Of a DNA stretch of 14,001 bases, positions 1 to 6,295 are shown in pieces (positions within the stretch are counted from its first letter, which is position 1; each line of letters opens with the position of its first letter). The position numbers and the translations under genes were made by a program. Under the pieces are notes generated by a model. It was not told the origin of the DNA. It did no database searches and saw nothing but the letters and a program-made list of their open reading frames with translations. The stretch comes from an uncultured Anaerolineae bacterium (GTDB taxonomy: Bacteria; Chloroflexota; Anaerolineae; JAYEMR01). The stretch is from NCBI GenBank assembly GCA_964425465.1, contig CAYRNM010000050.1, positions 1 through 14,001 of the forward strand, in the 5' to 3' direction.

Positions 1-1
1 T

Positions 2-346
2 TACCACTCCGACGGGGTCATCGAACCCATCATCGGGGACCTGATCGAGATCGGCGTGGATGCCCTTAACCCGGTGCAGCCGGATCGCATGGACCCACAG
101 GTCATCAAGCAGTGCTATGGAGATCGGCTGACACTGTGGGGCACGGTGGGAGTCCACACTACCTTTGCCCACGCCACACCGGACCAGATCCGGACCGAGG
201 TCCGCCATCGCCTGGAGACGCTGGGCTCCAGGCGGTTCGTCCTCTGCCCCGCCTACGACATTGATGAGCCCGACACCCCCTGGGCCAATGTGGCGGCCTT
301 CCTCGAGGCGGCTGTCCGGTATGGAAACGTGAGGAGTGAAGCGTGA
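2..346 (+). CDS. Uroporphyrinogen decarboxylase (URO-D) family protein, C-terminal fragment (HemE / MtaA-like methyltransferase fold); the 5' end lies outside the window
   Basis: The frame stays open from nt 2 (YHSDGVIEPIIGDLIEIGVDALNPVQPD...) to the TGA stop at 344-346. The C-terminal sequence pattern (DxxE-IG-D-LNPVQP ... LCPAYDI..DTP..N) resembles URO-D/MtaA family C-termini. It is convergent with the CDF gene, whose stop at 359-361 lies 12 bp away. Confidence 0.65.
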   Translation, partial: YHSDGVIEPIIGDLIEIGVDALNPVQPDRMDPQVIKQCYGDRLTLWGTVGVHTTFAHATPDQIRTEVRHRLETLGSRRFVLCPAYDIDEPDTPWANVAAFLEAAVRYGNVRSEA

Positions 347-358
347 AACGTGACACGC

Positions 359-1750
359 TCAACGCTCCACGAATATCTCCGGTTCCATGTGGATCACCAC
401 CCGGCCCAGGTGGGGAAGGCGGGCTCTCAGGGCGCTCTCTATCCGCTGTGATAGCTCGTGTGCCTCTCCGATGGGGGTATCGGGAGCCATCTGGCAGTGG
501 AGGGAGAGGGAGAGTTCATCCTGCAGGCGGCGCACTGATACCTTGTGACAGTTATCACACCACTCCGCTACCACCTGCTCCACGATCCGGCTGACCTCTT
601 CTGTCTCCTCCTGGCCCACCTCCTCGGCCCTTGCCTCGCGCAGCATGGGCTCAATGTGGGTGATCATCTCCCGCAAGCTGGGGAACTTTCCATGCGCGGC
701 CTCCACCAGCGCGCTGGAGCGTTGGTGTGCTTCGCACAAGGTGAGGTCGGCGGGGACCTCCACATGCAGGTCGGCGTAGAGATCGCCAGCTAGCTCATAA
801 GCCCGCAGGCCGTGGATGCGCAGGCCCAACTCGGTCGCCAGCCGCCGAAATCCCTCGCTGATCCCCTCCGCGCCGGTGCCACCCTCCCCCCGTTGGGGCT
901 CGATGTGAATGACGACATCCCTGACACCGTTCAAGTCCTCCGTTAACCGGTCCTGCACCTTGTGGGCGATGGCGTGGGCCTGGGCCACCGGCATGTCCGG
1001 CTCCACCCGGATGTGCAGGTCCACGTGGATGTCATCCTCGTGGCCCCGGCTGCGCACGTGGTGGACAGTCTCCACGCCCGGCACGGCCCGGGCGATCGCC
1101 TCGATCTTGCTGAGGGGAATGGCGACACGATCCAGCAGCGTCTTGGAGCTTTCGCGGATGATGTCCATGCCGATCTTGGCAATCACCCCGGCGATGGCCA
1201 AGGCCAGCAGGGGATCCACAAGGGGATAGCCCAGCCGCACGGCGATGAGCCCGCCCACAACGGAGAGGGAGACGTAGATGTCGGCCCGGGTGTGGAACGC
1301 ATCGGCCACCAGCACATCGCTCTTCAGCCGCCGCCCGGCGCGCAGCTCGTAACGCACCACGGTGAGGTGTACGAGGATGCTGGTCAGCAGGGCCCCGAAG
1401 CTCCACAGGTTGACCGTCGGTGCCATGAGCGCTGGAGCGCGCAGCCGTTCCAACGCGCTCTCCGCCAATTCCCAGCAGGTGAGGAAGAGTAGGATGGCGA
1501 TCCCTATGGCAGTGAAGGTCTCGAACTTGCGGTGGCCATAGGGATGCTCCTCGTCGGCTGGCCGGGCGGCGAGGGCTATCCCCACCAGCCCCACCACGTT
1601 GGAGGCGGAGTCGAAGACGGAATCGAAGCCGTCGGCGATGAGGCTGATGGAGCCGGTCCAGTAGCCCACGGCCAGCTTAGCCACTGTGGCCAGCAGGTTG
1701 AGGCCCATAGTGATAAACAACACGCGCCGGATGGCGGCGAAGTTCTTCAC
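359..1750 (-). CDS. Cation diffusion facilitator (CDF) family divalent-metal efflux transporter with a triplicated C-terminal cytoplasmic domain
   Basis: 463 aa. The N-terminal ~205 aa contains six hydrophobic helices, with DSVFD in TM2 and HTRAD in TM5 forming a DD-HD site-A pattern as in YiiP/CzcD. GTG start at 1750 is preceded by AAGGAG 7 nt upstream. The C-terminal 250 aa contains three related ~75-aa segments, each ending in VVIHIEP / MITHIEP / VVIHMEP. Confidence 0.85.
   Translation of the reverse strand: MKNFAAIRRVLFITMGLNLLATVAKLAVGYWTGSISLIADGFDSVFDSASNVVGLVGIALAARPADEEHPYGHRKFETFTAIGIAILLFLTCWELAESALERLRAPALMAPTVNLWSFGALLTSILVHLTVVRYELRAGRRLKSDVLVADAFHTRADIYVSLSVVGGLIAVRLGYPLVDPLLALAIAGVIAKIGMDIIRESSKTLLDRVAIPLSKIEAIARAVPGVETVHHVRSRGHEDDIHVDLHIRVEPDMPVAQAHAIAHKVQDRLTEDLNGVRDVVIHIEPQRGEGGTGAEGISEGFRRLATELGLRIHGLRAYELAGDLYADLHVEVPADLTLCEAHQRSSALVEAAHGKFPSLREMITHIEPMLREARAEEVGQEETEEVSRIVEQVVAEWCDNCHKVSVRRLQDELSLSLHCQMAPDTPIGEAHELSQRIESALRARLPHLGRVVIHMEPEIFVER
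380..1120 (-). repeat. Three tandem in-frame repeats encoding CDF cytoplasmic (CTD-like) domains (approx nt 896-1120, 647-865, 380-601)
   Basis: The protein segments are approximately 211-285 (GVETVHHVRSRGHEDDIHVDLHIRVEPDMPVAQAHAIAHKVQDRL..VRDVVIHIEP), 296-368 (GLRIHGLRAYELAGDLYADLHVEVPADLTLCEAHQRSSALVEAAHGKF.SLREMITHIEP) and 384-457 (CHKVSVRRLQDELSLSLHCQMAPDTPIGEAHELSQRIESALRARLPHLGRVVIHMEP). They share the pattern h-H-x-V-R/H ... D-hh-LH-h-x-V/M-x-PD-h-x-V/L-x-EAH ... hh-I-H-h-EP. Confidence 0.7.
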
Positions 1751-1761
1751 AAGAGCGCTCC

Positions 1762-2553
1762 TTATTCCTCTGCTTCCTGTGCTCGCGCCCGGTCGAGTAG
1801 CCTGGCGAAGATGGTGATGAACTCCAGAGGAACGGGGAAGATGATGGTCGAGTTTTTCTCCTCGGCGATCTGGACCAGCGTCTCCATATAGCGGAGTTGG
1901 ATGGCCATCGGCTCCTGGGCGAGGACATTAGCCGCCTGGGCCAAGGCCTGGGAGGCTTGGAGTTCTCCTTCGGCGTGGATCACCTTGCCCCGTTTCTCCC
2001 GCTCCGCCTCTGCCTGACGGGCCATGGCCCGCTTCATGGTATCGGGCAGCTCCACGTCCTTGACCTCGACGATGCTCACCTTTACCCCCCAGGGCGCAGT
2101 CTGCTCGTCAATAATCTGCTGAAGCTGGTGGTTGATCTGCTCCCGATGGGCGAGGAGTTCATCCAACTCTGACTGGCCCAGCACACTGCGCAGGCTGGTC
2201 TGGGCGATCTGCCAGGTAGCCCGCCGATAGTCCTCCACCTCCACGACAGCTCGCTCGGGGTCCAGGACGCGGAAGAAGGCCACGGCGTTGACTTTCACCG
2301 TGACATTGTCCCGCGTGATCGCCTCCTGAGCGGGGATGTCGAGCGTCTGGACGCGGAGGTTGACCTTGATCATCCGGTCCACGATGGGGATGATCAGGAA
2401 GATGCCCGGCCCTCTGGCGCCTACCAGCCGTCCCAGCCGCAGGATCACCCCCCGTTCCCACTCATTCACGATCTTGATCGCGGCGCTGAGGATGATGAGC
2501 AGAAAGACGCCCAGGGTGATGATGAGCGATAACAGCCCAGTAATCAAGCCCAT
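1762..2553 (-). CDS. SPFH / band-7 (stomatin-like, slipin) family membrane protein
   Basis: 263 aa with an N-terminal TM helix (LLSLIITLGVFLLIILSAAI), followed by the canonical stomatin core (VNEWERGVILRLGRL..GPGIFLIIPIVDRM..VNLRVQTLDIP.QE.ITRDNVTVKVNAV..FRV.DP..AV..V.DY..AT.QIAQTSLRSVLG...LDELL..RE.IN..L) and the C-terminal AEGE.QAS..LA.AA...PMA.QLRYMETL..IA.EKNSTIIFP. ATG at 2553 is preceded by AAGGAGG. The stop is 11 bp upstream of the CDF start, indicating translational coupling. Confidence 0.9.
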   Translation of the reverse strand: MGLITGLLSLIITLGVFLLIILSAAIKIVNEWERGVILRLGRLVGARGPGIFLIIPIVDRMIKVNLRVQTLDIPAQEAITRDNVTVKVNAVAFFRVLDPERAVVEVEDYRRATWQIAQTSLRSVLGQSELDELLAHREQINHQLQQIIDEQTAPWGVKVSIVEVKDVELPDTMKRAMARQAEAEREKRGKVIHAEGELQASQALAQAANVLAQEPMAIQLRYMETLVQIAEEKNSTIIFPVPLEFITIFARLLDRARAQEAEE

Positions 2554-2574
2554 GTGTCTGTCCTCCTTATCTCT

Positions 2575-3549
2575 CTATTCTACCCACACTTGCGCCCCCT
2601 TGTCCGTCTTCGTCGGTTCCGAAGCCAGGATGGGATGTCCCATCATTCCTTGCGTTCGAAGGAACTTCCGCAGTTGGGACAAGGTGGGGAAGGCTCCGCT
2701 GCCCCCCAGAGCGGTGATAGCCAGCCCCCCACAGGCATTGCCCAGGGTGACGCAGTCAGCTAAGGGCCAGCTCTGGAGCAGGCCGTACAGGAAACCGGAA
2801 CCGAAGGCAGCCCCAGCTCCGGTGGTGTCCACGACGGGCACGGGGAAGGCAGGGCGATGGAGTATCCTTTCGCCATCGCTGGCCAGTGCGCCCCTCCCTC
2901 CCAAGGTGACAACAACGAGGGGAAAGTGGGCGCTCAGTTTGCGCAGTGCAGCTTCGGGATCGGGCTGATGGGTCAGATGGGTCGCTTCCACCTCGTTGGC
3001 GATGAAGAGATCCACGGCCGAGCCCAACTCGTAGAGGGCCTCGCTCCACTGCTCGGTGGGGTCCCACCCGGCGTTGAGGATGGTGAGCATCCCCCGCGCC
3101 TTAGCCCGCTCGAAGATCGGCCCCTTCTGCTCCAGCCGGGTGCCGAAGAGGAGCAGGGCTTGGCTCTCCCCAAGGTGTTCCCAGGGCAGCACCTTGGCCG
3201 TGTAGTGGCCCTCGGCTCCCAGAAAGGTGGCGAAGGCCCGGTCCTGGGGCAGGGAGAGGGCAAAGGTGATATTGGCCTGCGCTTGGGGATCACGGATCAC
3301 AAAGCGTATATCCACCCCTCCCTGATGCAGATTGCGGACGATGAAATCGCTGAAGAAATCCTCCCCCAGCCGGGCAATAACCGCTGTCTCCAACCCCAGC
3401 CGGGCCAGGTTGAGGGCATAGAGGGCTGGGTCACCCCCCACGGCCAGGGCAAAGTCATCGCCGTAGACCTCCTCTCCCAACTGCGGCAGGCGTGTTAGCC
3501 CACTCATGAGGCAGTCCACGAACACATCGCCCACCGTGATGACCTGCAT
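2575..3549 (-). CDS. PfkB/ribokinase-family carbohydrate kinase homolog; the signature catalytic Asp is replaced by Ala (DTTGAGAAF)
   Basis: 324 aa. GG motif (AVGGDPALYA), NEVE (NxxE) motif and C-terminal anion-hole motif VVDTTGAGAAFGSGFLYGLL are present. Re-translating the minus strand at 2791-2829 confirms the codon GCT (Ala, plus-strand agc at 2809-2811) at the position where the family has the invariant GAGD Asp. Confidence 0.85.
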   Translation of the reverse strand: MQVITVGDVFVDCLMSGLTRLPQLGEEVYGDDFALAVGGDPALYALNLARLGLETAVIARLGEDFFSDFIVRNLHQGGVDIRFVIRDPQAQANITFALSLPQDRAFATFLGAEGHYTAKVLPWEHLGESQALLLFGTRLEQKGPIFERAKARGMLTILNAGWDPTEQWSEALYELGSAVDLFIANEVEATHLTHQPDPEAALRKLSAHFPLVVVTLGGRGALASDGERILHRPAFPVPVVDTTGAGAAFGSGFLYGLLQSWPLADCVTLGNACGGLAITALGGSGAFPTLSQLRKFLRTQGMMGHPILASEPTKTDKGAQVWVE

Positions 3550-3561
3550 TGCGCCGCCCCT

Positions 3562-4587
3562 CTACCCTCGACGGATGATGAGCCGATGGATGGCCCGATC
3601 TACTGCGCCAAAACGGTATTTGTACTCCTCGTCACCGCGCAAGAAGTCGAAGAGGGGATACCCCCGTTGGATGGCGTCCTGGATGCAGTAACACAGCAGC
3701 ACGATGCCGGGGCTCAGATGACGGTATCGTTGGGGGTCAAACCCGGAGTTGTAGACGGAGATGGCCTTCCCGTAGTCAAAGCAGAACATACTGGCTACCT
3801 TCTCGCCATTGATGGTGAGAAAAGCCAGATACAGCCAGCCCGCCTTCAGCATGACTGAAGCCATGGCCTGATTAAACTCCTGGCGCTGTTCGTCCATGTA
3901 CTCTTCTTTCACATGGCTGCTCTTCTGGAAGAGCTCAAAGTAGACCCCTATATCTTGGGCCAGGGTTTGGGGATCGTTGCTCAAGGTCCACTCGACCTGT
4001 TCCATGCCCCCCTCTGCCCGGCGCAGCTTGCGGCGGATCTCGTGGCGTTGCTTGCGGTCCAGTCGCTCCAGGTAGGCCTCCCAACTTTCGGGCAGGGCGA
4101 TGCCGGGGCACACGGTAAGCGGCTCGATTTGAAGCTCCAGGCCCCGCCCCTCGGCCAGGGGAGCCAGCACCTCCAGGGTAGGGGAGCCGGCCCGGATGTT
4201 GTCCACCTCGATGCGCTCCCAGTCGTCCCACTGGACCAGAGCATCGAGGATCGCTTCGTAGACCATCCCCTCTTGTCCCTTTTGGGCGATGAGATCCAGG
4301 TAATCAGATCCCCTGGGCGAGCCGATGATCCGCAGGCGGTGCGGCAGCCGGCCGGGGCTCTCATCGTACAGCGGCCAGAGGCCGACTAGCCGCTCCTCTC
4401 CATCGCGCACGGTGATCAGGGACAGCGTATCCTTTTCCTTAGGCCCGAAGTGCTCCCACCACACCTGCTGCCACTCGCAGGTCATGAACACTGTGTCGGA
4501 GGCACTCTGCTGCAGCAGACGATTCCACTCCTCCCCAAGCTGATCAAACTCTTCCGCTTTGGTATACACATCAATTTTCATGCCCAT
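3562..4587 (-). CDS. GNAT-fold acyltransferase of the FemAB/CelD-like type (Acetyltransf_6 / BioF2-like domain); probably aminoacyl- or acyl-transferase
   Basis: 341 aa. The C-terminal block RGYPLFDFLRGDEEYKYRFGA matches the FDFGRGDE.YK..(W/F)G signature of CelD/FemAB-like GNAT proteins. There is no canonical Q/RxxGxG acetyl-CoA loop. The start is ATG at 4587, or the Met two codons downstream. Confidence 0.55.
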   Translation of the reverse strand: MGMKIDVYTKAEEFDQLGEEWNRLLQQSASDTVFMTCEWQQVWWEHFGPKEKDTLSLITVRDGEERLVGLWPLYDESPGRLPHRLRIIGSPRGSDYLDLIAQKGQEGMVYEAILDALVQWDDWERIEVDNIRAGSPTLEVLAPLAEGRGLELQIEPLTVCPGIALPESWEAYLERLDRKQRHEIRRKLRRAEGGMEQVEWTLSNDPQTLAQDIGVYFELFQKSSHVKEEYMDEQRQEFNQAMASVMLKAGWLYLAFLTINGEKVASMFCFDYGKAISVYNSGFDPQRYRHLSPGIVLLCYCIQDAIQRGYPLFDFLRGDEEYKYRFGAVDRAIHRLIIRRG

Positions 4588-4614
4588 CGCCTGTGTTCCA
4601 CACTCCCAAGACGC

Positions 4615-4644
4615 GCCAGGGTGATCCCCTGCAATCGCCCTGGC
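4615..4644. other. Imperfect 11-bp inverted repeat (GCCAGGGTGAT-N8-ATCGCCCTGGC) in the 93-bp gap between the PIG-L1 and FemAB-like genes
   Basis: Seen directly: 10 of 11 stem positions are complementary with an 8-nt loop CCCCTGCA. No U-tract follows on the minus (transcribed) strand, so this is not a classical terminator. Confidence 0.3.
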
Positions 4645-4680
4645 ATTGGTGCCCAGTCTGTTTTATCTTCCAAGGGGCGC

Positions 4681-5403
4681 TCAGATCTCCAGATCGCTGC
4701 GCCCCAGCTTGCGAAAGGCCTCGGCATAGGCCAGACCCTGGGGTTGGCCCACCTGTGCGGCCCAGGCCCTGATGCGCTCCGGCAACCGCTCCATCGCATC
4801 GGGCGGGGCGAAGCCGGGTTCAGCCACCTGGCTGGCATGGCACTTGAGGGCCTCGATCTTGAGCTCGATGGTGTCGCTGATGTCCACCCAGTAGTTGGAC
4901 TCGCCAGGAGCGAAGAGGTAGTTCTCCTGGGGCTTGTAGGGCTCCAGCTTCTCCACCACGTGTTCAGGGTAGTACCAGGGACTGTCGGCCAGGTATCCCG
5001 CCTCGGCTGCGGCAAAGCCTACGGTGCGGTGGTCGGGATGCAGCTCGTAGGGACGCCAGGCATCGAAGGTGAGCAGGATGTCAGGGCGGATCTTGCGGAT
5101 GGCCCGCATGAAATCGCCCACCAGGTTTCGGGCCTCCTTGAGCTGGCCATCCTCGTAGCCCAGGAAGATCACCTCTTTCACTCCCAGGACCTCCGCTGCC
5201 GCCCGCATCTCCCGCCGCCGCACCTGGACCATCACCTCCGGGGTGACCTCGGTGGTGTGCATTCCCCGGTTGCCGTCGGTGGCGGAGATGTAAATGACCT
5301 CGTTGCCATCCCGAACCAACTTAGCGACCGTGCCGCCGCACAGGAACTCCGCATCGTCGGGATGGGCGAAAAGGACCAAAATCTTCTTACCGGTGACCGC
5401 CAT
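4681..5403 (-). CDS. PIG-L / LmbE family N-acetylglucosaminyl deacetylase (MshB/BshB-like metal-dependent de-N-acetylase), paralog 1
   Basis: 240 aa with the N-terminal VLFAHPDDAEF zinc/catalytic motif and HPDHR (HxDH) motif. Strong RBS GGAGGAGG upstream of ATG 5403. It is ~55% identical to the product of 6296..7042. Confidence 0.85.
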   Translation of the reverse strand: MAVTGKKILVLFAHPDDAEFLCGGTVAKLVRDGNEVIYISATDGNRGMHTTEVTPEVMVQVRRREMRAAAEVLGVKEVIFLGYEDGQLKEARNLVGDFMRAIRKIRPDILLTFDAWRPYELHPDHRTVGFAAAEAGYLADSPWYYPEHVVEKLEPYKPQENYLFAPGESNYWVDISDTIELKIEALKCHASQVAEPGFAPPDAMERLPERIRAWAAQVGQPQGLAYAEAFRKLGRSDLEI

Positions 5404-5441
5404 GAAAAGGACCTCCTCCGATTACTCGTTCGTGGAGCGTG

Positions 5442-5476
5442 ATGGTGGATTCGCTCCACGCTGCACGCTACACGCT
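5442..5476 (-). promoter_or_regulatory. Conserved 35-bp leader/operator element, copy A: three phased 7-bp direct repeats (AGCGTGN on the minus strand) plus palindrome GTGGA-N5-TCCAC, 39-73 bp upstream of the PIG-L1 start
   Basis: Plus-strand atggtggattcgctccacgcTGcacGctAcacgct is 31/35 identical to 9213-9247. In this copy the palindrome extends to a 9-bp stem (CGTGGAGCG/CGCTCCACG, loop AATCCACCATCA when read on the minus strand). Confidence 0.4.
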
Positions 5477-5518
5477 TCTTCTGCCACTGCCTGGGCTGGG
5501 AACTCGATATTCACTGCC

Positions 5519-6280
5519 TCATGCGCCCATCTCTTGGTGCACTAATGCAAATCCCAGTCTACGCGCTATGCGCAAAGATGGAATATTGTTCGCATAAGCG
5601 CCATACAAGGCGGCGGCTCCCTGTTCTAAAATCCATTTCGTTGCGGCCGATACGGCCGCAAGACCGTATCCCTGTCCCCGACAGGCTTCTTCGGTCCACA
5701 CGCCATAGGTGGCAACCGGACCAGGTTTCCATATGATGATGGCAATTGAGGCGCACCGTAGGCCGAAGGCCGCCAATTCAGTGGCTGTCACATCTGGATC
5801 GCTATGATAGCAGGCAAATGCCCAGATAAAGTCTTCGGAGACTGGCTGCCGTCTCTCAGACATCCGTAGGTCAAATTGCTCTGGGGGGATGTCCTTCTTT
5901 GTGAGTGCTACCGGTGTATGCTGGGTTTCTGCCGGGTGGAAATCCCTTGAGTTGGTCAGAATGTAATCAAAACCGTAGATGTAGAATCGGTCGAGTATTT
6001 CAGCCTTGTTTCCTAACACTCGCTTGATTTCCGCCGCACCCAGAGGAGAAAAAATCTCCCAAGGGGTCATTGATTGAGCAGCGGGAGCGATGGCTTCAAC
6101 GACGCGGGGTATGGCAGTTATCAAGACGCCGTCTCTGTCGGCGATTCGCTGAATCAGGAGACGATTTCTGGGCTCATCCGTCCGCTTTGGCGACTCTCGA
6201 ACGGTAATACCCTGGAGCGGAAAATCCTCAAGCGATAATCCCGCTTTACTCTCCAGGTATCTGCGTATTCGGTTATCCAT
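5519..6280 (-). CDS. GNAT family N-acetyltransferase with an uncharacterised ~130-aa N-terminal domain, encoded on a low-GC island
   Basis: 253 aa. The C-terminal GNAT core contains IWKPGPVATYGVW.EEA.RGQGYGLAAVSA..KWILEQG...R.IARRLGF (Q/R-x-x-G-x-G/A acetyl-CoA loop). Perfect SD AGGAG sits 7 nt upstream of ATG 6280. Hand counts of 60-nt chunks give 38-52% GC (for example 23/60 at 5941-6000, 30/60 at 6001-6060, 31/60 at 5519-5578) against ~63% for the neighbouring PIG-L genes. Confidence 0.6.
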   Translation of the reverse strand: MDNRIRRYLESKAGLSLEDFPLQGITVRESPKRTDEPRNRLLIQRIADRDGVLITAIPRVVEAIAPAAQSMTPWEIFSPLGAAEIKRVLGNKAEILDRFYIYGFDYILTNSRDFHPAETQHTPVALTKKDIPPEQFDLRMSERRQPVSEDFIWAFACYHSDPDVTATELAAFGLRCASIAIIIWKPGPVATYGVWTEEACRGQGYGLAAVSAATKWILEQGAAALYGAYANNIPSLRIARRLGFALVHQEMGA

Positions 6281-6295
6281 CTCGATTCTCCTGGG

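Noticed and set aside
358-378. 12-mer ACGCTCCACGAA shared between the URO-D/CDF convergent spacer and the leader of PIG-L1, which suggested a third copy of the regulatory element.
   Set aside because: Only 12 nt match, which is within chance expectation for 14 kb on both strands. The heptad repeats and palindrome are not present.
5294-5545. Two small plus-strand ORFs (5294-5545 and 9110-9295) share the peptide GGFAPR(C/L)TLHA, which suggested a conserved small protein.
   Set aside because: The shared peptide is merely the translation of the conserved 35-bp intergenic DNA element on the non-transcribed strand. The flanking ORF sequence is unrelated and lacks start signals.
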